Both the position numbers and the translations under genes were made by a program. The notes under the pieces were generated by a model. That model searched no databases, was not told the DNA's origin, and saw only the letters and a program-made list of their open reading frames with translations. DNA of 63,920 nt, counting the filler, from Welwitschia mirabilis (Eukaryota), in assembly GCA_051453625.1 (NCBI GenBank). It is 9 parts of one record of this genome, joined end to end, with 100 filler letters (N's around TTAATTAATTAA, not from the genome) between each part and the next. Parts side by side here need not be neighbours in the genome. Positions count along the whole stretch, not along the records: positions 36,900 to 40,214 come from JBOZIK010000001.1; positions 40,315 to 48,492 come from JBOZIK010000001.1; positions 48,593 to 51,030 come from JBOZIK010000001.1; 6 more parts are not named here. One strand, written 5' to 3'. This document shows positions 39,177-51,130 of this stretch, one piece after another (position 1 is the stretch's first letter; each line of letters opens with the position of its first letter).

Positions 39177-39924
39177 NNNNNNNNNNNNNNNNNNNNNNNN
39201 NNNNNNNNNNNNNNNNNNNNNNNNNNNNNNNNNNNNNNNNNNNNNNNNNNNNNNNNNNNNNNNNNNNNNNNNNNNNNNNNNNNNNNNNNNNNNNNNNNNN
39301 NNNNNNNNNNNNNNNNNNNNNNNNNNNNNNNNNNNNNNNNNNNNNNNNNNNNNNNNNNNNNNNNNNNNNNNNNNNNNNNNNNNNNNNNNNNNNNNNNNNN
39401 NNNNNNNNNNNNNNNNNNNNNNNNNNNNNNNNNNNNNNNNNNNNNNNNNNNNNNNNNNNNNNNNNNNNNNNNNNNNNNNNNNNNNNNNNNNNNNNNNNNN
39501 NNNNNNNNNNNNNNNNNNNNNNNNNNNNNNNNNNNNNNNNNNNNNNNNNNNNNNNNNNNNNNNNNNNNNNNNNNNNNNNNNNNNNNNNNNNNNNNNNNNN
39601 NNNNNNNNNNNNNNNNNNNNNNNNNNNNNNNNNNNNNNNNNNNNNNNNNNNNNNNNNNNNNNNNNNNNNNNNNNNNNNNNNNNNNNNNNNNNNNNNNNNN
39701 NNNNNNNNNNNNNNNNNNNNNNNNNNNNNNNNNNNNNNNNNNNNNNNNNNNNNNNNNNNNNNNNNNNNNNNNNNNNNNNNNNNNNNNNNNNNNNNNNNNN
39801 NNNNNNNNNNNNNNNNNNNNNNNNNNNNNNNNNNNNNNNNNNNNNNNNNNNNNNNNNNNNNNNNNNNNNNNNNNNNNNNNNNNNNNNNNNNNNNNNNNNN
39901 NNNNNNNNNNNNNNNNNNNNNNNN

Positions 39925-40214
39925 TCATGTGACACAATAAGAAAAATCATATTTTATGCGTAAAGTACTTCCATAAATATCAAAAAGGATAAAAGTCATG
40001 ATACAATTAATTCTACTCATTTATTCTTTTTAATTTATAGATAATAGTGCATGTATTTATTTACATTTTTATACTCTTCATGATCCATCATATCAATAAC
40101 ACAAATGACAAGAAAGAAATGCCATAATTAAATATGAGAAAGATGTCATAATAGGTTATAAGAAAATGTCATAATTGAATGTAAGAAATATAATAGTTAA
40201 ACACTGTACTCTTA
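39925..40214 (-). repeat. Family C LTR fragment between gaps
   Basis: Matches 37344-37800 and 30285-30550. Confidence 0.8.
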
Positions 40215-40314
40215 NNNNNNNNNNNNNNNNNNNNNNNNNNNNNNNNNNNNNNNNNNNNTTAATTAATTAANNNNNNNNNNNNNNNNNNNNNNNNNNNNNN
40301 NNNNNNNNNNNNNN

Positions 40315-43300
40315 AATTTACATATTCATCATAGTTTGAGTACATAAGAGAGAGCTGGATTGACAAATACACAAATAAAACAAAGAACAAAAGGACATAA
40401 GAGAAATAAGATAGAAGAAGAAGAAGAAGCAAGAAAGAGAGTTTGAAGACATATTTAACCAGCTTTCACCACATCACCACCACTACTACTACTACAAGAG
40501 GTGGATGTCACCTTTAATTTAAAATTGAAAAGAGCCTTCTTTATTTTGAATAGCTAAGATGAAATCCATTTGAGCCATTTATTTGTTAAAGAGACGCCCC
40601 TTGAATACTTACTACATCACATGTGCTCGAATCACCTGGTGGGAGAAGAAGGCAGAGTTGCAGGAGTAGTGCCTTTTACAATTCTCATTTGAATAAGAGA
40701 GGACTCATCAAATGGCTTTGTTAGTTTTAGAATTTCATCTTTGAATTTCAATAAAGCTATCTTATGATGATACATCTTAGTAATGAAACCTTCACATGGC
40801 AGTGTTACTAAACTCATAGATGTGTAGGAAGCCATGTTATGAAAACTCAGCTAAGGTATGTTGAGTTGGATACTTTGAGCATAATAATAGATGACATATG
40901 CACATAGAGGAGACACTTCATCCATGTGGTCAATCTTTAAAATTACATTGATGAAGATGATGCAAAAAAGTACCCTCTATATTGGTCTCGAAATCCTAAT
41001 GAAAATGGTAGTTCTTCCTCCATCATATCTTTGACACAAAACTTCATTGAGTTCATCTCTAAAAACTAAATTATCTAATACTGAAACTAAAGTAATGTGC
41101 ACATATTTTACATAGTCTAGTGGAATCCTAGTAGCATTGAAAATCATTTTAGAATTAATCTCAATATTAATACCATACAAATTTGTTACAGACTAATTCT
41201 GCTCACTTTAATAAGAACTATTACAATAAAACATATGAACCAAATTTACTAGAGCATGAGTATGAGGGTTTATAATATATATTCAACCTAACTGTTTCAA
41301 CCTAGGTAAAATATTAAAATAAGATCTGAAAGTGTTATGCAAATTAACCCTATATGGAATAAAAGGCTTCTTGTTAAAGCTTTGATTCTACATTGCCTTT
41401 TCCCTAGGAGCCATAAAAAATGATTCTCCTTCTTTGTCTTTGCTCTGTCGTTTCTTGAAATTGGAATCTTCTACTTTAACATGATGGAAATCAAGAAGAA
41501 GAAAGACCAATATAAAATATCAAAGAAAGAAAAGACCAAGAAAATAAACTAATAGAGGAACACTTACTTCTAGAAATTAGAGCACTGAAAAACAATAAGA
41601 TGAGATAAAATAAAGAGGGGATGACTAATTATATAGAGGTAAATAATCAAGGATGGCTTCGATGAGTTAAAACATGGATTCATGTCTACATATGTGCACA
41701 GACATCTAGCCTTTTAAGGGCAGACATCTAGCCTTCATGTGATCTAAAAACCCACTCTCAAGTGGATAGACATCTAGCCTCCTGAGGAGGTAGATGTTTA
41801 GGTCCATGAAGTATTAGGGAGGTCTAACAAGAAGTGAGAAATAATAGGTATAAATAAAAACAAAAGCAAGATAATAAAATAAACTAGATAAGGAAAAAAT
41901 GATGCTAATAATGCACTTAAACTTATGATTAATATATATAAATTTTGATATTAATGTCAAAAAAATTCATGCCTTTATTGGACATGTTTCTATTCCTAAC
42001 TTAACTTTTAAAAGTTTGAATCTCACTTCTAAAAGAGGCTTGGTAAATAAATTAGTAAGATATTTGTCTGTAGATACATGATTAAGTTGGATTGTACCTC
42101 TTTCAACATGTTCTCTAATGAAGTAAAATGTGAGATCAATATGCTTATTTCTTAAGTGATGCATAGGATTCTTAGCAATTTTAATGGTAGTAGTATTATC
42201 ACATAAGAGTTAACTACTTGTTATCTCAACTCTATAATCACATAAAATGTGCATCATCCATAATAATTGAGTGCAGTAGGCTCCAACAAATATGTACTCA
42301 TCTTCAGCCATGGAGAGTGATATTGAGATTTGTTTCTTTGAGCTCCAAGTAACAAGATGATTTCTAAGAAAGTAACATGCTTCACTTGTACTTTTCCTTT
42401 AATATATGCATTTGTCCCAATATACATCACTATATCCAACTAANNNNNNNNNNNNNNNNNNNNNNNNNNNNNNNNNNNNNNNNNNNNNNNNNNNNNNNNN
42501 NNNNNNNNNNNNNNNNNNNNNNNNNNNNNNNNNNNNNNNNNNNCAGTAGGCTCCAACAAATATGTACTCATCTTTAGCCATGGAAAGTGATATTGAGATT
42601 TGTTTCTTGGGGCTCCAAGTAACAAGATGATTTCCAAGAAAGTAACATGCTTCACTTGTACTTTTCCTTTCATATATGCATTTTTCCCAATCTACATCAC
42701 TATATCCAACTAAATCAAGTGAGGTATCTTTAGGAAACCAAATACTAAAATTTCTTGTATGTTTAAGATACTAAAAAATTATTTTAACTAAAGAGAGATG
42801 AGATTCCTTAGGATTATAGTGATATTAAGTACATATGTCAATACTAAACACAATATCAAGTCTACTGGATGTTAAATATAACAAACTTCCAATCATACAT
42901 TAATGCATGGATTAATNNNNNNNNNNNNNNNNNNNNNNNNNNNNNNNNNNNNNNNNNNNNNNNNNNNNNNNNNNNNNNNNNNNNNNNNNNNNNNNNNNNN
43001 NNNNNNNNNNNNNNNNGTTAAATATAATAAACCTCCAATCATACATTAATGCATGGATTAATTTATAGATTTACCTAATTCATCCTTGCTAATTTTTATG
43101 GAGGTGGACATGGGAGTGTAAATCTCTTTTTCTTGATCAAGTTTGTACTTCTTTAGAAGCTTCTTGATATACTTTGATTGAGTAAGAAATATACCATTCT
43201 TTAGCTATTTAATCTAAAAACCTAAGAAAAAATTAAGCTCTTCAAACATCCTCATTTCAAATTTCCTTTGCATAACCTTAGAAAATTCAAGTGTTATTGT

Positions 43301-44260
43301 TTCATTGGTAACTTCAAAAACTATGTCATCAACATATATTTATAGGATAAGAATGTCTTTATTAGTTTTTTTAATAAAAAATTCAACTGTGAGTTCTTTT
43401 AATAAAGCCATTTTCTAATAAAAAATTTGATAATCTTTCATACTAGGCTTTCAAAGCTTACTTGAGATCATATAAAGTCTTTTTTAGCTTGAACACATGA
43501 TCTAGATTATTGGAATCAATGAATCCCAGTGGTTGCTTAACATAAACTTATTCTTCAATATAACCATTTAAAAAAAACACTCTTTACATTCATTTGAAAA
43601 ATTTTAATGCTCATAGCACAAGTATAAGCTAATAGTAATCTGATAGATTTAAGCCTACCTATGAGAGCATAGGTCTCTCCATCATCTATGCCTTATTCTT
43701 GAATATACTCTTGTGCTACTAATATATCTTGTTTTAAACTATTATGCCTAATTCATCTAATTAATTTTTATAAATCCATTTTATACTAATAAAGTGTTTA
43801 TCATGTGGTCTTAGCATTAGATTCCATACCCCATTTATTTTGAACTGAAGGAATTCTTTTTGCATGGCTTCTAATCATTCCTCATATTACTCTGCCTCAA
43901 GTATATTTCTAGGTTTAATATTTGATACAAAACAAAAATAAGCATAAATGTTATTTATACCTTATCTAGTGCTTATTCTTAAATCTAGGTTCCCAATGAT
44001 TTGATCATTTTAATGATTTATTTTTATTTTGAAGGGAAGAGAAGCACATTTTCATGAAGAAGTAGGTTTAAAAGAATCATCAATCTCTTTTTGATTAGCT
44101 TTACTTATAACATTTTACTAATTACCTTGAGCATTATTGTCAAGAGTGGTACAGACTCATCCTCATCATCTCTTTCCAACATACTATAATTATCAGAATC
44201 TAAAATTTTAGCATTAATAGATTCTTCAACTTTATTTGTATCTTAATTAAAAACTCTATA
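40315..44260 (-). mobile_element. Decayed Sirevirus-like Ty1/copia internal region: RT, RNase H and env-like ORF
   Basis: RNase H end HHLRNKHIDLTFYFIREHVERGTIQLNHVSTDKYLTNLFTKPL (41967-42164), LVGYSDVYW, IYVDDIVF (43320-43345) and YRVFN*DTNKVEESIN (44210-44260). An extra ORF remnant lies downstream of pol. Confidence 0.88.
40450..41414 (-). pseudogene. env-like / extra ORF remnant downstream of copia pol
   Basis: ATG at 41414 (MAPREK). Fragments LVHMFYCN, MYGINIEINSKMIFNATRIP and TLPCEGFITKM...PFDESSLIQM resemble the LPYG.LITRI-type extra ORFs of SIRE/Athila elements. Broken by stops. Confidence 0.6.
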
Positions 44261-46786
44261 TGTTACATCCACATTTTTACTTCTTTTTTACAAATTACAA
44301 AGATTAAGCTTAATGAAATATTTAAAAAGATTTAATTATTTTCAAATCTCATTTGATATAAATATTATGTTTTTGAGGTGAAGTTATATAAAATTATTTC
44401 TTAAGTTCCTTTTGTCTTGATTAAAAATATTACTTATTATTTTAAATAATGTTCTTGCAGTGGTGATTATTTCATTTAGTTTTATCTTATTGCACTTTCC
44501 TAGAATGTATGCATGGTTAAATGTTATTTGTGGAGGCTTATTATTTTACCTCATTATTATGATTATGATTAAATGTAAAACATTCTTTTTATATTATTAA
44601 AGCACCTAGTGGTCAGGCAAGCCTTTATGAGATGTTATGTAACTCTACTTTACCATTGCCTCATGTTGTGTTTTTTTGCATTCTTGAGTTTTATTACCTT
44701 ACTTACATTCTCTCACTTTAAATAATGTTATTCTTTCCTTCAAGTAAAGTCTATTTTTCTAAAACAACCTTCCCTTGAAATCTTGGAGCTTAGGAGGTCT
44801 AGGATCTTTGGAAACTTAGAATATCTTTGAAGAGATCAAACATATAGGATATGGTTCTATTATTTTTGCTTCCTTATTGATCCTTTTCATGAATTCTATT
44901 ATTGATATTGTCATATTTATATTTCTACAAAATGAATGTTTATTTGTGTAATGCTTGATAAAGATAAAATTAATTTTGTTACATGTCTTTTCTCCATCCA
45001 CCTTTCATACTCGATGTCTTGACGTTATTTGTTCTTAGTATGAGTTGATAGCTAGTGGTCAAACCTTATCATATTTATCTTGTCATCATGCTATTTGAAA
45101 TCTATGATTATGAGTTAATAGCTTGTGGTCAAATCTTATCATATTTTTCTTGTTATCGTTATGTCTTGAACTTATGATTAGGAATTTCCACAGATCACTG
45201 AACAAGGTAGTGGACTTCATGGATCGTCAAATGAGGCAGTGAAGTGAGAATTCCACATATTGTAAATGAGGTAGTGGGATTCATAGATTCCTAAATAAGG
45301 TAGTAAAGTTAAATAGAAAAAATTATATGAGAACCATAGATCACCAAATGAGGTAGTGGGCTTTAGAAATCACCAAACAAGGCAGTGAAGTAATTGAGAT
45401 ATGTTTAAATATATAATGATTATTCTTGTTCCTAATCATAAGGTTAATGTTTGCAATTTATCATGTCTCTTAAAGTCTTTACTTGTTTTTCCTCNNNNNN
45501 NNNNAAAAATCCTTATCTATCTTATCTAGTTATGTGAAGATCATCTTGAAAGCTGTGAGATTTTCATAGTTCTCATCCCATACTTTTGTGTGACATGTGG
45601 GAAATCTAGAGTATAATTATTGCTATGGATAAAGGAATGTAAAGGATTAATGTCTAGCATTATTAGATAATTTTGCTAAATGATATTGTATTTCTTCACT
45701 AATCCTGAAGTATTTAGTGTAATATGTCTAAGATTTGAGAACATGATATACTTTTATGGGATAGTATTTTCTTAAATGAGTTAAAGAATTAAATTACATT
45801 TTATTACGTATGTGCTTTATAATCTATGAAGTTTTATAAGTTAATACTTCAAGCATTGTATTATGGAAAATACTATTAAAATATAAAAATTTAATCATTT
45901 GTTCTTTGTGCTTTTCTTGATAAATTTTATTAAGAATCCTGAAATCTTTAGTTATGTTAATTACCTCAAGATTTTATTAAATGTCACATGTGGATATATT
46001 TTCTTAAATTAATTTCCATAAATTTTGAAGTTGACAATATATTTTATGCACCACTTGCAATCCTTTTTTAAAAGTATTAGCCTAATTATGAGTATTAATT
46101 TGGAAATTATGCCTTTAATTATAGAGTTAAGAACTATTTATGAATCATTGATTTATAAGTGCATTACAACTAGTACATTGAAGTTACATAAAGAGTGATA
46201 TAATGTAATTAAATAATNNNNNNNNNNNNNNNNNNNNNNNNNNNNNNNNNNNNNNNNNNNNNNNNNNNNNNNNNNNNNNNNNNNNNNNNNNNNNNNNNNN
46301 NNNNNNNNNNNNNNNNNAATTAAACTCCATTTTATTATGTGTGTTCTTATAGTCTATGAAGTTTATCAATTGATACATCAAGCATTGTATTATGGAGAAT
46401 ACTATTAAAATATGAAAATTTGATCATATGTTCTTTGTGCTTGTTTAGATGAATTTTATTAAGAATCTTAAAATCTTTAGTTATGTTAATTGCCTTGAAA
46501 TTTTATTAAATGTCAATTGTGGATATATTTTCTTGAATTATTTTCTAATAATTTTGAAGTTCGCAATATATTTTATGCATCACTTGCAATCCTTCTTGAA
46601 AAGTATTAGCCTAATTATGAGTATTAATTTGGAAATTATTTCTTTAATTATAGAGTCAAGAACCATTTATTAATCATTTATTTATAAGTACGTTACAACT
46701 AGTACATTGAAGTTACATAAAGAGTAATATAATGTAATTAAATAATAATTAATTAAGTAATAAGAGTTATATTAGAGGCCTTTACA
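44261..46786 (+). mobile_element. Tekay-like LTR of a related family (solo or truncated)
   Basis: TGTTACATCCACATTTTT...GAGGCCTTTACA termini resemble the C LTR termini. Internal short repeats GATCACCAAATGAGGTAGTG at 45190-45390. No PBS follows, and a TSD is not confirmed (CTATA/CCATG). Confidence 0.6.
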
Positions 46787-47033
46787 CCATGGAAAAATGA
46801 TAATTGCCATTTATTTCTATACCTCACTTGGAAAACTTTCATGAAATTTTTATTTAAAATGCAAGTATAGGATGTCATGTCTTAAAATAAATATTAATAT
46901 TCATTTATCTCCAACTTTTGTAATATTTTAAATCTATCATAATTAAGTTGAAGTAGCACATGTATAATCATTTAATTATAATAAGCTTTATGAAAGGGAG
47001 CAAGAATAAATTATTAATAAAAGTGAGAGGTCT

Positions 47034-47100
47034 AGTGCATGTGTGACTTGAACCTTCAACCACTCAAGTTATGAATATAATCTGTTATTGTTACACTATC
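47034..47100 (-). pseudogene. Possible tRNA-derived relic (tRNA-Met-like pseudogene or SINE head)
   Basis: Reverse complement contains TTCATAAC (CAT anticodon-loop-like) followed by GGTTCAAGTC (B-box-like). Stems do not pair well. Confidence 0.25.
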
Positions 47101-48592
47101 AATTATTATTAGTAATGAACTATCTTGCTATTACTTTGAGCCTAGGCATGCTAGGTTTAACTTGGGCAATTATTTAGTGAACATAGCATTTGATTGATTC
47201 ATAAAACAATTCCATCATTCTCTTTTGGTTAAACTGCTAAACATCCTATGTGAGGAAAGGGAGTAATAGGTGTAGTTAAAGANNNNNNNNNNNNNNNNNN
47301 NNNNNNNNNNNNNNNNNNNNNNNNNNNNNNNNNNNNNNNNNNNNNNNNNNNNNNNNNNNNNNNNNNNNNNNNNNNNNNNNNNTTGATTGATTTATAAAAC
47401 AATTCCATCGTTCTCTTTTGGTTAAACTGCTAAACATCCTATATGAGGAAAGGGAGTAATAGGTGTAGTTAAAGAAAAATAAAATCTTTGAAACTAGATA
47501 ATAATAAAAGAGGAATAACTATTAATAGATCATTATCTAATTTTCAAAATTTCTCCACTAAAGTAGACACATCTGAAACGCTTCAAATGTAGGCTTTATG
47601 CTTTAACCTTTAATCATTAGATGTGTTACTTTAGAGGGGTGTTTGGCTAATTGAATTAAGCATTTTTAGTTGTGATTTAACTCTACAAAATGGTTATTTA
47701 CTTGTCTTTCCTATGTCATATTAATATAAGGTAAAACCTTGTCTCATAGCATTTCTTTCCCAATTTAACTATCTATACATCTTTCTTTCTTTCTAGCACA
47801 GTAGATATCTTTTCTCCTATGTGTCTCTCCTCCTATGCAATGAAACTTTCTCTTTGATGTGCCTCTCTATCATATTCTTCATCCTTCCATAAATCTCTCT
47901 TTTCTTATGTTCTCATGTTTTTTCTTTCTTGTGCATTGCAAATCCACCCTTTCCTCCATCTTTGATGCCCCACATTTATAAATTACCTAGGTGCTCTCTG
48001 GATTGAACATCCTACTTTTCCACTTCTATGTTGCCTTCTATTCATCTGCATTTTTTCTTTGTTTTATGCACTATTCGTTTTGCTATTTGGTGTTATCTCA
48101 TCTATCTCATTGATTATAGCTTAGATGGTTTCCCTTATTAAACTATTTAATCCTTCATCACTACACTAGCTTGTTTTTCATGCTTGTACTCCCCTCATTT
48201 TTTTGCATTTTATTTTATTCATGATCTGTTATGAGATGCTTTATCCTTTGCTAGTTAATTCATACCTTCTCATGTGGCATTTCCTTTCTTGTGTGATGCA
48301 TGCAAAATAAGTCTTACATTTCCATTTAAAAATGAATGACTTCTTATGTCAACTATCACAATATCTCATTTGTCATTGCGATGAAGTTAAGGTAGAAAGA
48401 TAGAACTCATAGGTTTGAATACGAGGGTGAACATATGTTTTGAAGTTATGCTTATTTTTATAAATCATACCTTCAATTCTTTACTCAATCCANNNNNNNN
48501 NNNNNNNNNNNNNNNNNNNNNNNNNNNNNNNNNNNNTTAATTAATTAANNNNNNNNNNNNNNNNNNNNNNNNNNNNNNNNNNNNNNNNNNNN

Positions 48593-51030
48593 AATAGATT
48601 CAGAAATTAGAACTTTCAACTAATTTTCAATAAAATAAAAATGATCCACTTAGAGAATCCATAGAAGAGATGAAAAAAATGAAAAACAAAACTATTAAAA
48701 ATGTTAAGAACTTAGTAAATGTAATTCACAAAGCAATGTTTGCTAATCAAATATCAAAAGGGTTTCTTACATCTGAACCTTTACTTAATCAAAATAAAGT
48801 TAAGAAAGATTTGAGTATAATAATAAGAAGTGGAAATAATATAACACCTCTTATCATAAGGTCTTAACTTTTAAAAATAATGAAATAAATGAATAAGATG
48901 ATGTAGAAACTTTAGATCTATATAACCTTTCATCAATATCACCTACTAAAGCCTTTAGTAAGAATACTTCATAAGAAAATAAAGGAAAGAAACCATCCAC
49001 TCCTTGGGTTGATTGATTGAATATAACTACCTTTGAGAAACACCTAAAAGCTTTGATGTAAGAAGTAAACATCACCTTAACCTTTTGGAAACTCTTGCAA
49101 GAAAGTCCTAAATATTATAAGTTATGAAAGGATTTAGTAAGAAGAAAGCAAAAAAGTATCATTCCAAGTAAAGGTTTTCTTACTCAATCTCTTTCCAACT
49201 TAGTCATGCAAAAATGTCCTAAATTTAAAGATCCTAGGGCCACAACTATGAATGTTACCTTAGAAGGAAACCAAATAATTCAAAAAGCTTTAATTGATAT
49301 AAAATAAAGTGTAAACATCATTCCTCTCCATATATGTAAGAGACTTGGGTTATAAAATAGAGTTAAACCTACACTGTTCATCTTGGAATTAGCTTATACC
49401 TCAATTAAGAAACCATTAAGAATTATGAAAAGCCTAGGTATTTAAATTAAAGAAGCTTTTTACCCCATAGATGTTGTCATAATTAAGATAGCACATGATG
49501 GAGGATATCCACTACTTTTAGAAAGAGCCTTTTTTGCAACTGTTCATTATGTCTTTAACACACGATCAAGGATGATGAGATACCATTTTGATAATAGATA
49601 AATTACCATCAGAGTTTTTGAGGCTACTAAAAAAGACATAGAAATTGAGTTTCACTTTGAAGATGAATTGAAACCAATCTTTTTTTTACAACATTAACCA
49701 ACTGAAGAGAGATTAATCATGCTACATGAACTAGCTTTATACGATGACCCCACTGAAACACACTATCTTGAATTTGAGGATGAAGAGCACAATAACTGGT
49801 AAGAAACTTAACATTTTTATTTGGTAGGAAAAAATGTTTTATAGAGTGTCATCCCATGTCTATCATTCCAACAACAGATAAGACCATAGATCAAAATATA
49901 AGCCTTGAACCTAAGAAATAATTCAAAGGTTTAAAATATATTTTTCTTTTCAAAAATCAAATGAAACCCCTAATAATTAGTGACCTTCTTACTCCTGAAC
50001 GAGAATGAAACTTGGTCTCACTATTAATTTTGAAAGAAAATGCCTTTCATTAGATACATAAAGACTTAGATTCCATTCCTCTTTCTATAGTTTAACATAA
50101 GATTTTCCTTGAAGATAATACTAAACCTGTTAAGTAGCTTCAAAGAAAACTTAATCTAGCCCTTAAATAACTAGTTAAAGATTAAACCATTAAATTCATA
50201 AATGTCAAAATCATATATGCCATATCTGATAGTGAATGGGTTAGTTCTTTAATAGTAATTTTAAAGAAAGGAGGGAAATGGAGAATGTGCATTAATTTTC
50301 AAAAACTTAATAAGGTTACTAAAAAGGATCATTGCCCTTTACCCTTTCTTGATCAAGTACCTAATAGAATTCAAGGTCATGCATACTATTATTTTCTTGA
50401 TGGATATAATGAATATAATCACATTTATGTAGCAAGTGAAGACCAAGCTAAAACCACTTTTACCTCATTCTTTAAAATCTTTGCTTTTAGATGAATGACT
50501 TTGTAATGCCCATAAAACCTTTCAATGAGCCATGGTGGGAATATTTTTTAATATGATAGAAGATTCTATTAAATTTTTTATAGATGACTTCTCCATCTTT
50601 GATGATAATTTTGAACAAACTATAAAGACATTAGAAAAAGTCCTAGATTGATGTATTGAGAGTGGCATATATTTGAGTTGGGAAAAGAGTTTTATCCTTG
50701 TCAAACATGGAATTATTTTAGATCATCAAATTTTAAAAAAAGGGATTATAATGGATCCCAAAAAAGTTGACATCATTAAAAACCTTAGCCCTCAAACTAA
50801 TGTTAAACAATTTAGACCTTTCCTTGATCATGCTAGTTTTTATCGATGATTCATTCATGATTATGCTAGAATTTGTAAACCTATCCCATTCTTACTTTAA
50901 AAAGATGTTAAATTAAATTAGAATTATTTATGCCAAATTTCTTTTAAAACTCTCAAAGAAAACATTTCTTTTAAATCTATTGTCATGGGTTCTAATTAGA
51001 GTAATGATTTTGAACTTATGTGTGATGTAA
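48593..51030 (+). pseudogene. Decayed Athila-like gag C-terminus, protease, RT and start of RNase H (family A)
   Basis: KFKDPRA...ALIDIK*SVNIIPLHICKRLG (protease, ~49220-49350), MCINFQKLNKVTKKDHCPLPFLDQV...YYYFLDGYNEYNHIYVASEDQAKTTFT (50285-50494), FIDDFSIF and FELMCD. 48640-48870 is homologous to 63674-63905. Confidence 0.9.
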
Positions 51031-51130
51031 NNNNNNNNNNNNNNNNNNNNNNNNNNNNNNNNNNNNNNNNNNNNTTAATTAATTAANNNNNNNNNNNNNN
51101 NNNNNNNNNNNNNNNNNNNNNNNNNNNNNN

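Noticed and set aside
47636..47648. GGGGTGTTTGGC resembling a Tourist/PIF MITE terminal inverted repeat
   Set aside because: No matching inverted terminus was found before the next gap.
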